A stretch of DNA of 64,000 bases from NCBI GenBank assembly GCA_023246755.1, contig JAHFHU010000003.1, positions 3,854 to 67,853 on the forward strand, read 5' to 3'. Under the pieces are notes generated by a model. It did no database searches. It worked only from the letters and a program-made list of their open reading frames with translations, and was not told the DNA's origin. How positions within the stretch are numbered: position 1 is the stretch's first letter; the number at the start of each line of letters is the position of its first letter. Positions 30,345 to 38,789 of this stretch are shown piece after piece. Both the position numbers and the translations under genes were made by a program. The DNA is from Candidatus Magasanikiibacteriota bacterium. GTDB lineage: Bacteria; Patescibacteriota; Patescibacteriia; Magasanikbacterales; 2-02-FULL-50-9b.

Positions 30345-30797
30345 ATGCCCTGCATTTTTTGCTCCATCGTTTCCGGCGAAGCGCCGTCACACAAAATTTG
30401 GGAGGATGAAAATCATCTCGCGTTTTTGTCGATTTTTCCGAACACGCGCGGCACGACCGTGGTGATTCCGAAACAGCATGCGGCGAGTTATGTTTTTGCC
30501 GTCGCGCCAAAAATCATGCACGACCTGATGGATGCGGCGGCGAGAGTCGCGGCGCTGATCGACACGCGCCTCCCGAATGTCGGTCGCACCGGCCTCATCT
30601 TCGAAGGTTTCGGGGTCAACCATTTACACGCAAAATTATTTCCGCTCCACGACACCGCGGCACCCGATTGGCAACCGGTTAATTCGTCTGTGACCAAAAT
30701 GTTTGAAACCTACGAAGGCTATCTTTCGTCGCACGATGGCCCGCGCGCGGATGACAACGAGCTCGCGGAAATCGCGCGGGTGTTGCGTGGCACTTGA
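30345..30797 (+). CDS. HIT family hydrolase
   Basis: CIFCSIV..VIPKQH..VNHLHAKL. Confidence 0.9.
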   Translation: MPCIFCSIVSGEAPSHKIWEDENHLAFLSIFPNTRGTTVVIPKQHAASYVFAVAPKIMHDLMDAAARVAALIDTRLPNVGRTGLIFEGFGVNHLHAKLFPLHDTAAPDWQPVNSSVTKMFETYEGYLSSHDGPRADDNELAEIARVLRGT

Positions 30798-30891
30798 CAA
30801 AAATAACAACACGTTATATATTTTATTCACGCATCGCCGCTAGGCGTCCTCTCCTCCTCACAAGGGAGGAGAGTTTATTTTTAAGGGGGGT
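30794..30891 (+). promoter_or_regulatory. Promoter and structured leader of PemK-like gene 1
   Basis: TTGACA(30794)-17 nt-TATATT(30817); CGCCGCTAGGCG; hairpin CTCTCCTCC/GGAGGAGAG followed by TTTATTTTT. Confidence 0.7.
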
Positions 30892-31290
30892 ATGTATCAA
30901 AAAGATTTTGACCAATGGAGTAAAGTCAAAAAACAAATAAACGTTAAAAAAGTTCGAATCACTATTCGGTCAGGCGATGTTCGGTGGATTATTTTTGGCG
31001 TAAATGTTGCAAGTGAAATCGACGGTAAGGGGGATTTATTTTTACGACCGGCTTTGATACTTCATGTGATTGGTGCGGATCTCGCGCTTGTCGTTCCTCT
31101 AACTTCGAAGCAAAAAAATATTCCCGGATATATACCATTTGCATTGAAGAAAAAATTTTGTTCACTATGTCTCCACCAAATAAAAGTAGTTTCACAAAAT
31201 CGCATGTTGTATCGACTTGAGCATGTTGCAGATAGCAGAGTGTATGAAGTGCAAAGACACGTCATGGATTTTTACGGGTTTCATAGATAA
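30892..31290 (+). CDS. PemK/MazF-like toxin (orphan)
   Basis: KDFDQW..K..GDVRW..GVNVASEIDGKG..F.RPALIL..VPLTS..QIKVVS..RM. Confidence 0.85.
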   Translation: MYQKDFDQWSKVKKQINVKKVRITIRSGDVRWIIFGVNVASEIDGKGDLFLRPALILHVIGADLALVVPLTSKQKNIPGYIPFALKKKFCSLCLHQIKVVSQNRMLYRLEHVADSRVYEVQRHVMDFYGFHR

Positions 31291-31316
31291 AGTTAAAGTG
31301 GCGTATACTATGCCTC

Positions 31317-31574
31317 ATGTACCACCTCTACCTTCTCCGCTGCGCCGATGACACGCTGTATGCCGGCATCACGACCGACCTTGTGCGGCGCGTCGAAGAA
31401 CATAGCACATCGGCGCGCGGTGCAAAGTACACGCACGCGCGGCGGCCGGTCGAACTCGTGTACAGCAAAAAATTTCGCACGCGCTCGACTGCATCACGCG
31501 CGGAATATAAACTCAAACAACTTTCGCGCGACGAAAAATTAGCGCTCATCAGTTTTCCACAAAAAAGTGGATAA
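31317..31574 (+). CDS. Small GIY-YIG nuclease (YhbQ/UPF0213-like)
   Basis: YLLRCADDTLYAGIT.D..RR..H..GAKYT..RRPV. Confidence 0.9.
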   Translation: MYHLYLLRCADDTLYAGITTDLVRRVEEHSTSARGAKYTHARRPVELVYSKKFRTRSTASRAEYKLKQLSRDEKLALISFPQKSG

Positions 31575-31581
31575 CCACGGC

Positions 31582-31682
31582 TTGACAAAATTTTTGTTCC
31601 GTGGAATAGTGTAAATACATTTCGCCGTTAGGCGCCCGAGCCTCCTCCATCACGGGGGAGGTGCATACTTTTAAGGAGGGGT
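31582..31682 (+). promoter_or_regulatory. Promoter and structured leader of PemK-like gene 2
   Basis: TTGACA at 31582; CGCCGTTAGGCG at 31623; CCTCCTCC/GGGGAGG hairpin; SD TAAGGAGG. Confidence 0.65.
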
Positions 31683-32558
31683 ATGTATCAAAAAAATTTT
31701 GAGCAGTGGAATTTAATTAAGCAGCAGATAAATTATGAAAACCGTTCAGTACGAATTCGTGCGGGCGATGTTTGTTGGATTTTTGTTGGTGTAAATGTTG
31801 GGAGTGAAATTGATGGTAAGGGCGAATCTTTTCTTCGCCCAGCTTTGATTTTGAATGTTATGGGTGATGATTTGGTTCTAATCATTCCTCTCACGTCAAA
31901 ACAAAAACAATTACCGCGCTACATTCCACTCGAAATTCAAGATCGTACGAGCTTTTTATGTCTTCATCAATTAAAGGTAGTTTCTCAAAATCGTATTTTA
32001 CGTCGTATCGAGCATATTTCTGACTCGCGTCTCGCCTCCGTTCGTCATAACGTGCTATTATTCCACAACTTCACACCGACGCCTAAACCAAAACCTATGG
32101 CTCACATTCACGAACTCATCGATTTCACCGTGTCTTGCATGATTCTTCATCCAACCGAACCAAAAATTTTGTTAATTAATCACAAAATACTCAACACATG
32201 GCTGCCAATTGGTGGGCACATCGAACTCAATGAAGATCCGGACGAAGCGATCGCACGCGAAGTCGCTGAAGAGTGTGGTCTTCCGATCGAAATGATTTCG
32301 CGACGTCACTCCGGCGAATATCCGGAAACTAAAATGTTGCTCATCCCTGAAACTGTTGACATCCACACGATCAACACCGCGCACCGCCACATCAATTTCG
32401 GCTACCACGCACGTGCGCTCAGCGCAAACCCAAAACTTGCGCCCGAGGAGCATCACGATATTCAATGGTTCGGTGCAGACGAACTTGCCGACCCGAATTT
32501 TAACATCAAGCCCGCGGTCCGCGTCTACGCACTTGAATTTTTGCAAAAAAATGCGTAA
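31683..32558 (+). CDS. PemK-like domain fused in frame to a NUDIX hydrolase (internal ATG at 32097)
   Basis: N-terminal half is paralogous to 30892..31290; C-terminal half carries the Nudix box GGHIELNEDPDEAIAREVAEECG. Confidence 0.8.
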   Translation: MYQKNFEQWNLIKQQINYENRSVRIRAGDVCWIFVGVNVGSEIDGKGESFLRPALILNVMGDDLVLIIPLTSKQKQLPRYIPLEIQDRTSFLCLHQLKVVSQNRILRRIEHISDSRLASVRHNVLLFHNFTPTPKPKPMAHIHELIDFTVSCMILHPTEPKILLINHKILNTWLPIGGHIELNEDPDEAIAREVAEECGLPIEMISRRHSGEYPETKMLLIPETVDIHTINTAHRHINFGYHARALSANPKLAPEEHHDIQWFGADELADPNFNIKPAVRVYALEFLQKNA

Positions 32559-32612
32559 CCGTCTATAATCGCGCGGGGAGTCTCGCAAGAGGCACCCCCG
32601 TTTATTTTTTCT

Positions 32613-33635
32613 ATGACCCTCGTCAACAACGCGGCTGCAGTTATCGCCGAAAATATCACGAAATCATACGGCTCTGTTCACGCGCTTTCGGGCGTAAGTC
32701 TTACGATTCCGTACGGCACGGTGCTTGGCCTACTTGGCCCGAACGGCGCGGGTAAAACCACGTTCGTGCGCGCACTCACAACGCTTCTTAAACCAGATAG
32801 CGGCCGCGCAATCATCGCGGGTTACGACATCGCAACTGATGGCGACATGGTTCGGAGCGTCATTGGCCTCACTGGTCAATTTGCTGCAATCGACGAATAT
32901 TTAACGGGCCGTGAGAATATCGAATTGGTCGGTAAGCTGTATCATTGGCCACGCGCGGCAATTAAAACGCGTGCAATCGAGTTGCTTGAAAAATTCGATC
33001 TCACCGACGCCGCAGATCGCTCATCAAAAACATATTCCGGCGGCATGCGTCGTCGTCTCGACCTTGCGATGAGCCTATTTAACAATCCAAAAGTTTTATT
33101 TCTTGACGAACCAACGACCGGACTTGACCCACAAAGTCGCATCGCACTCTGGCAAATTATCAAAGAACTTGTTGCGCAGGGGACAACCGTTTTGCTCACG
33201 ACGCAATATCTCGAAGAGGCGGATCATCTCGCGGACAATATCGTCGTGATCAATCACGGGCGCATCATCGCGGCCGGCACACCCGAAGAACTCAAAAAAG
33301 AAATTGGTGGCGACGTGCTCGAGGTCCATGTGCAACAGATCAGCGACACCGCGCGTGTCGCCGCGCTTCTCGCGCCGCTCGCACACGAAGCGCCACACGT
33401 GCAGCACGAGCTCGGGATGATCAGCATTCCGGCGGTGAGTGGCGCGGGAATTCTTGTTGAAGCGGTGCGTTTACTTGACGCTGCACACATCAGCATCGCA
33501 GATATAGCACTCCGTCGGCCAACGCTCGACGATGTGTTTCTCGCGTTGACCGCGCATGGGGGTGCTGACGCTGCGCCCGCGCCCACAACAGAATCCGTTG
33601 ATGTTGCTCCAAATTTTTTCAACCCAAATCTATGA
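32613..33635 (+). CDS. ABC transporter ATP-binding protein (DrrA family)
   Basis: GPNGAGKTT, YSGGMRRRLDLA, FLDEPTTGLDP, TTQYLEEAD. Confidence 0.95.
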   Translation: MTLVNNAAAVIAENITKSYGSVHALSGVSLTIPYGTVLGLLGPNGAGKTTFVRALTTLLKPDSGRAIIAGYDIATDGDMVRSVIGLTGQFAAIDEYLTGRENIELVGKLYHWPRAAIKTRAIELLEKFDLTDAADRSSKTYSGGMRRRLDLAMSLFNNPKVLFLDEPTTGLDPQSRIALWQIIKELVAQGTTVLLTTQYLEEADHLADNIVVINHGRIIAAGTPEELKKEIGGDVLEVHVQQISDTARVAALLAPLAHEAPHVQHELGMISIPAVSGAGILVEAVRLLDAAHISIADIALRRPTLDDVFLALTAHGGADAAPAPTTESVDVAPNFFNPNL

Positions 33636-34411
33636 GCGCACATAATTCTATCCTCAACATTGGCCGCGACGTCATCACGCTCACCGGTCGCAACCTCATC
33701 AAATACACGCGCCTCCCGCAACTCCTCGTATTTTCAACCATCCAACCAGTGATGTTCATGTTGCTCTTCACCTACGTATTCGGCGGCGCGCTCAAAACCG
33801 GCACGCGCGATTACATCTCATATTTGCTTCCGGGCATTCTCGTACAAACCGTTTTGTTCGGCTCGATGCAAACCGGCATATCGCTCGCCGAAGATTTGGC
33901 GCGCGGCATCATCGACCGTTTTCGTTCGCTTCCGATGGCGCAATCTGCGATTCTCGCCGCGCGCACCTTCACGGACGTCGTGCGCAATCTGTTTGTGATT
34001 TCGCTCATGACCGGCGTTGGTTTCATCATCGGATTCCGCATTCATCACGGCATTGCGCATTTTCTCGGCGGCCTTTGCCTCGTGTTGCTCTTCGGTTACG
34101 CATTTTCCTGGATTTCCGCAACGATCGGCCTCTTCGTCAAAGATGTTGAAACCGCGCAGGTCGCCGGATTTATCTGGGTGTTTCCGCTCGTGTTTGCCTC
34201 GTCGATTTTTGTTCCGGTGCAAACGATGCCGTCGTGGCTTCAGGCATTTGCCAAACACACACCGATCACCGCAACCGCAAATTCTATGCGCGCGTTGACG
34301 CTCGGTTTGCCGGCCGGCGATTATGTGCAACAAGCGTTACTCTGGGTCGCGGGACTGCTCGTCGTTTTCATCCCGCTCGCCGTGTACGCGTACAACAAAA
34401 AGAAGGGGTAG
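33632..34411 (+). CDS. ABC-2 type permease (DrrB family)
   Basis: QPVMF.LLF.YVFGG, G.IDRFRSLP, SSIFVP..MP.WLQ. Confidence 0.92.
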   Translation: MSAHNSILNIGRDVITLTGRNLIKYTRLPQLLVFSTIQPVMFMLLFTYVFGGALKTGTRDYISYLLPGILVQTVLFGSMQTGISLAEDLARGIIDRFRSLPMAQSAILAARTFTDVVRNLFVISLMTGVGFIIGFRIHHGIAHFLGGLCLVLLFGYAFSWISATIGLFVKDVETAQVAGFIWVFPLVFASSIFVPVQTMPSWLQAFAKHTPITATANSMRALTLGLPAGDYVQQALLWVAGLLVVFIPLAVYAYNKKKG

Positions 34412-34417
34412 TGTTTT

Positions 34418-35527
34418 ATGGAATTTTTTGCGCGGTTGCATGCAAAGTATTGGTGGTTTGAGCCGCTTCTTATTTTTATCATGTGGCGAGTGATCATCGA
34501 AATCGTCGCGCAATTTTTTTCTGCTCGACATCCGTTGGTTTCGTCATGGCCCGACAGTCCGTTTCCGCCGGTGTGGGCGCGCTGGGATAGTGGTTGGTAC
34601 TATTCAATTGTCAAAAATGGATATTCATATGGCGTGAACGTTCGGTCAAATGTAAATTTTTTCCCGTTGTATCCATTTTTATGGAAGGGCGTCGTCATGT
34701 CGCTTCGCATCCCGATTTTTTGGGCAGGTCTGCTCGTCTCGAACGCGTGTACGCTCGCGAGTTTTTTGATCATCTATCGCTGGGTGCAAAACATTTCAAC
34801 GACTAAACTCGCGCGGAACACAGTGATTGCGCTTGTGATGTTTCCGACATCGTTTTTTTTCATCAGCGCATATAGCGAATCGGTTTTATTATTTTGTACA
34901 GCGCTCACGTTGTTTTTTTCTTCAAAAAAATCATGGATTCTCGCCGCACTTTTTGCAGGCATGGGAAGTGCCGCACGGCCCGTTGGAATTTTTTTATTGC
35001 CGCTCGTCGTTCTGTTGTGGCTTCGTGAGACGTCGGTGCGCGATCGAAATTATCGCAAATTATTTTTTATAATTTTGTTGGGATCATCGGGGCTCGCTGC
35101 GTTTTCATTATTTTTGAAATATAAATTTGGAACGCCGATTGCGTGGATACACAGTCAGGAGGCGTGGGGACACAAGTTTGTGTGGCCGCACGAGCTCGTT
35201 TATTCGTATGCTCGAAACATGGTAACGCGCGGAGAAGATTGGATTTTACATGTGGTCGAAGTTTCGGCAGTCGGATTTATTGCCCTGCATCTCCGACGTA
35301 TGTGGCAGGCGAATCCCGCATATGCCATTTTTGCATTGCTCATGCCGCTGCTGTTATTGGTGAGTAACTCATTTTCATCATCACAGCGCTACATCCTTGT
35401 GGTCATCCCGCTATTTTTTGTGGTTGCGCATCAATCAAAAAAAATGTGGTTTTTTTACAGTGTTGTGTCTGTGCCACTTTCTGTCTTTGCAATTTACCGA
35501 TTTGTAACGGTGCAGTGGGTTGGCTAG
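34418..35527 (+). CDS. GT-C mannosyltransferase (PIG-V-like) membrane protein
   Basis: ARWDSGWY, FFPLYP, YSES, R..G motifs; multi-TM. Confidence 0.85.
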   Translation: MEFFARLHAKYWWFEPLLIFIMWRVIIEIVAQFFSARHPLVSSWPDSPFPPVWARWDSGWYYSIVKNGYSYGVNVRSNVNFFPLYPFLWKGVVMSLRIPIFWAGLLVSNACTLASFLIIYRWVQNISTTKLARNTVIALVMFPTSFFFISAYSESVLLFCTALTLFFSSKKSWILAALFAGMGSAARPVGIFLLPLVVLLWLRETSVRDRNYRKLFFIILLGSSGLAAFSLFLKYKFGTPIAWIHSQEAWGHKFVWPHELVYSYARNMVTRGEDWILHVVEVSAVGFIALHLRRMWQANPAYAIFALLMPLLLLVSNSFSSSQRYILVVIPLFFVVAHQSKKMWFFYSVVSVPLSVFAIYRFVTVQWVG

Positions 35528-35661
35528 CGAATGGATGGGGAGGCGTGGCTCCCATATCGTTGAGGATTTTTATGCACCGGTTTTCCACCATTGACAAAAT
35601 TTTTGATTCGTGGAACCCAGTAGTTTGTACGTCGCGCTGCGGCGGATAAATTTTAAGATCT

Positions 35662-36087
35662 ATGATGACGCATAGGAGGGTGCGATTGTTTGGGTATGTG
35701 GTTATTGAACGTGGAGTTGGAGAATTTGGGCCGATATATTCTGGCATTCGCGGGCAGGACGCAGTGAATTTTTTGTTGCAGGCAAAATCAGGTGAGGTAT
35801 TGGCTGCTTTTATGCATTCGGTTCTTGGGCCGATTGATTTGGTTTGGGGAGTAGAAACGGTTGGTGAGCGAAAGGGTTTTGGTCTTGCAAAAATTATCCA
35901 AAAACATCCCGAAGCGATTCATAGTCTGACAGAAGCGATAAAAAATAGCGAAATTGTTGAGGAACTTCCGGATAGACGTGTTCTTTTGTCACGTGATCAT
36001 GATCAGCAGTCCGTTATTGATTTGCAGTTTAACAATAAAAGTAAAAAGTGGTTGCTTACGTCGTATTTCCTTATAAAAATAACTTGA
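35662..36087 (+). CDS. Barnase/EndoU/colicin E5/RelE-like (PBECR3-type) putative RNase
   Basis: LGPIDLVWG..GFGLAKIIQKHPE..WLLTSY pattern. Confidence 0.65.
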   Translation: MMTHRRVRLFGYVVIERGVGEFGPIYSGIRGQDAVNFLLQAKSGEVLAAFMHSVLGPIDLVWGVETVGERKGFGLAKIIQKHPEAIHSLTEAIKNSEIVEELPDRRVLLSRDHDQQSVIDLQFNNKSKKWLLTSYFLIKIT

Positions 36088-36260
36088 GCCCCCATTGCTG
36101 GGGGCTGACAACTTCTTTTCGAGCTTAAGCCAGATTACTCTCAAGTGAGCTTAAGTAAAAAATATCATACGCGATGCCGCACTGTCAAACCCTTGACACG
36201 CGCACAGGATTAGTGGTGTACTTTGTCATAACCCGAGTGGGTTATGAGGAGGTTGCATCC

Positions 36261-37364
36261 ATGATTGATACGTTTGTTGGCCGGACGGCTGACTCGCTCC
36301 CGCCTGAATTTGACATCATCAAAACTGGCCGCGGCTACACGATGGCTGGTTGGGATTTCAGCCGCGCCGAACTTGCGGCCGCGATCAATGCGCATCAGAT
36401 GCTCAATCCCGCGATGGAGCTTGGCACGAACGCGTGTCCGTGGAATTGCAGTTTTTGTTTCACGGAAAGTCCGGATAATCCGGATGGTGCAAAGCGGCGA
36501 CTCACGAATGAGATGTCGATCGCGCGGAGGCTCCAGCTTATCGATGAGGCCGCAGCGCTCGGTGCACGGTCAATCAATTTCGTCGGCGCGGGCGAGCCAA
36601 CGATCGATCCGAATTTTTGGCAGCTCATCGAGCGCATGCACCTGCGACACATCACGCCGATCGTGTACACCGAGGGTGCGTTACGTTTGACGGATCGCGC
36701 ATTTGTGCAGCGGCTGTATGATCTGGGCGCGACAGTCGTGTTCAAGGTGAACAGCTTGCATGACGAGGCGTACCAGAATGCGATTGTTGCGGGCGATGGT
36801 GTTCGCAAAAATCCGCGCAGCGAAAATTACACAGAGCGGCGCAACGCGGCGATCGATCTGTGCATGGACATCGGATTTCATCGGCATGACCCGACGCGTC
36901 TCGCGTTCGACACGATCGTGTGCGCGCAGAACGCGGGTGAGATTTTTGACCTGCATCGCTTCGCGCGGCGCAACAATATTTTCATCCTCATCGTGAATTA
37001 CTTGCCGAGTGGCCGCAGCACGGATCCGTTACATGGTGCGTTGTCGCGCGCTGAACAGTTTGATCTGTTTGCGCAACTTGCGCGGGTGGATCGCGAAGAG
37101 TTTGATCTTGAGCTCGCGAGCAGGTTTCCGTATGCGGGCGGCACACCGTGCACAATTCGTGGCATGGGTTTGTTCGTCAAAATTGGTGGGCGTGTGTTGG
37201 ATTGTCCGGGTGAATCAGAATCGCTCGGTGATCTACGCGAAAATTCGCTTGCCGAAATTTGGGGACGCGCGCGGCACATAACGCGTGCGCTCGACGGCGG
37301 GTGCGCCCCACGTGAAGTCGCGTGGGCAAAACAACGGAAGCAGTTATCGATCGAACGCACGTAA
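36261..37364 (+). CDS. Radical SAM protein with C-terminal SPASM/twitch-like Cys residues
   Basis: CPWNCSFC, GAGEP, C-terminal CT..G.V.DCP..LG..C; SD GAGGAGG before ATG 36261. Confidence 0.9.
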   Translation: MIDTFVGRTADSLPPEFDIIKTGRGYTMAGWDFSRAELAAAINAHQMLNPAMELGTNACPWNCSFCFTESPDNPDGAKRRLTNEMSIARRLQLIDEAAALGARSINFVGAGEPTIDPNFWQLIERMHLRHITPIVYTEGALRLTDRAFVQRLYDLGATVVFKVNSLHDEAYQNAIVAGDGVRKNPRSENYTERRNAAIDLCMDIGFHRHDPTRLAFDTIVCAQNAGEIFDLHRFARRNNIFILIVNYLPSGRSTDPLHGALSRAEQFDLFAQLARVDREEFDLELASRFPYAGGTPCTIRGMGLFVKIGGRVLDCPGESESLGDLRENSLAEIWGRARHITRALDGGCAPREVAWAKQRKQLSIERT

Positions 37365-37497
37365 TTAAAAGCCCTCTGCAGTTTGGAAGTCGTGTAATTT
37401 CACGACTCATTGTAGGGGTTATTTTATATGGCCAATTTCATGTATTTGACACAAAATTTTAGATGCGTTATAACCGTAATTAAGTATGTACAATAAA

Positions 37498-37650
37498 ATG
37501 GTTAACATCGAAGTGCATCTGATGAAAATGGCGGGCTATCCACCGCAAGTTTTGTATACCGACAAGCGAGGGCGTGTTGTTGATATCGTTGATAAAAAAT
37601 ATATTCCACGGTCAGTTAAGGAATTTTTTAGAAAATGTAAAGCCGTATAA
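37498..37650 (+). CDS. Small hypothetical protein (50 aa) MVNIEVHLMKMAGYPPQVLYTDKRGRVV...
   Basis: Follows the promoter TTGACA(37446)-17 nt-TATAAC(37469); ends 5 nt before the RusA-like gene. Confidence 0.5.
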   Translation: MVNIEVHLMKMAGYPPQVLYTDKRGRVVDIVDKKYIPRSVKEFFRKCKAV

Positions 37651-37655
37651 AAACT

Positions 37656-38117
37656 ATGAGCAAGGAGGGGGTTGTTTTTGATTTTTCGTATAGAAAAAGC
37701 GGAGAAGTTACACCCGCAAAAGCGTTGGCATATCGAATCGATCCGGTTACGCGTCGGATTATTGAAGTGATCAAGCCTCGAACACATGAGTTTGAAAATA
37801 TTTTGCGTGCAACAGTCAAAGCGTTGCTCAAACAGAATAAAAAATTTCCAACAAATAAAGATGTCTTTGTTTTAATTGAGCATGGTTTGCACGCCACACA
37901 CGATTTTGAAGAGTGTGATGTGGACAATCGAGCAAAAACAATTTTGGACGCGCTTAAAAATGCTGTGTACCAAGATGACAAGCAAGTTTCAGTTTTGTGG
38001 ACGTGTAAAAAATTTTTGCGTTCCCAGCAAGAAAGTTATTTTACTATTTCAATCTGCATTTTGAATGTTGTAAAACGTCAGCAGATTATGCGAATGATGA
38101 AGTGTGTCGATGTTTAA
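37656..38117 (+). CDS. RusA family Holliday junction resolvase-like protein
   Basis: DVDNRAKTILDALKNAVYQDDKQV (D.DN..K...D.L......DD..V). Confidence 0.8.
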   Translation: MSKEGVVFDFSYRKSGEVTPAKALAYRIDPVTRRIIEVIKPRTHEFENILRATVKALLKQNKKFPTNKDVFVLIEHGLHATHDFEECDVDNRAKTILDALKNAVYQDDKQVSVLWTCKKFLRSQQESYFTISICILNVVKRQQIMRMMKCVDV

Positions 38118-38181
38118 CATTTTTTTGTTTTTGTGTTCTGTGAGCGAGACTGCGCAGGCGTTGCGGACCGCCTTTTGATAA

Positions 38182-38323
38182 TTTTGTTTTTTCTTTTGTG
38201 AAAGAGACTGCGCACAAGCATCATCGCGCAAATTTATTTTGCGCTTGGATGATGCGCGGAGGAACAAACGAAGATTTGCATGTGGCAATTCAAGAGGTCT
38301 CTTGAACAAAAGAAAAAACCAAA
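38182..38323. repeat. Inverted-repeat element abutting the tmRNA 3' end
   Basis: 38182-38208 and 38297-38323 are 27-bp inverted repeats (24/27 match) enclosing an internal hairpin. Confidence 0.7.
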
Positions 38324-38727
38324 TGGTGGAGATGCCGGGAATTGAACCCGGGTCGAAGAAAAAGGTCGCCCTCGGCCTACGTGTGTAGTCCGGTTAATTT
38401 TTACCTATGCGCGTCCATCAATCGGACGAAAAATACGCACACAGGAACTGTGTTGGTTTCGGTAACGTGCGCGACAGATAGCGCGCGACGAGACCTACAT
38501 TACTGTTTTATAACACCGCGCATCGGACCGTAATCGTCCGACGTCGATGGCATTACGTTCTTAGGCGAATGCTGGAACAAAAGTTGGTGCGAATGCGTTA
38601 GCAACCGCGGCTTTTGCACGTGCAAAAATATTTGCATCTGGGTTTTGCCCCGCGTTTTAACGAGAAACGAGACATTCCCGACACGCCCGTTCGAGTCTTC
38701 TTTCTCTCCTCGAAGCCTGTCATCCCC
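38324..38727 (-). ncRNA. ssrA: tmRNA; tag (A)ANIFARAKAAVANAFAPTFVPAFA at 38561..38635
   Basis: 5' end GGGGATGACAGGCTTCGA, 3' end GACCCGGGTTCAATTCCCGGCATCTCCACCA; resume codon GCA; smpB nearby. Confidence 0.93.
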
Positions 38728-38789
38728 ATATAAAATTGTCAACGGACAAAAATCTGACCCTCCAACCATACCGCAGTTTTTACAAAAAG

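Noticed and set aside
29100-38120. Run of co-oriented small genes as an integron cassette array
   Set aside because: No integrase and no recurring attC-like sites were recognised, and the genes carry their own promoters.
16800-38323. Single integrative element inserted at ssrA
   Set aside because: No integrase and no direct repeat of the ssrA 3' end were found, and ordinary CPR genes are interspersed. It looks like several independent insertions.
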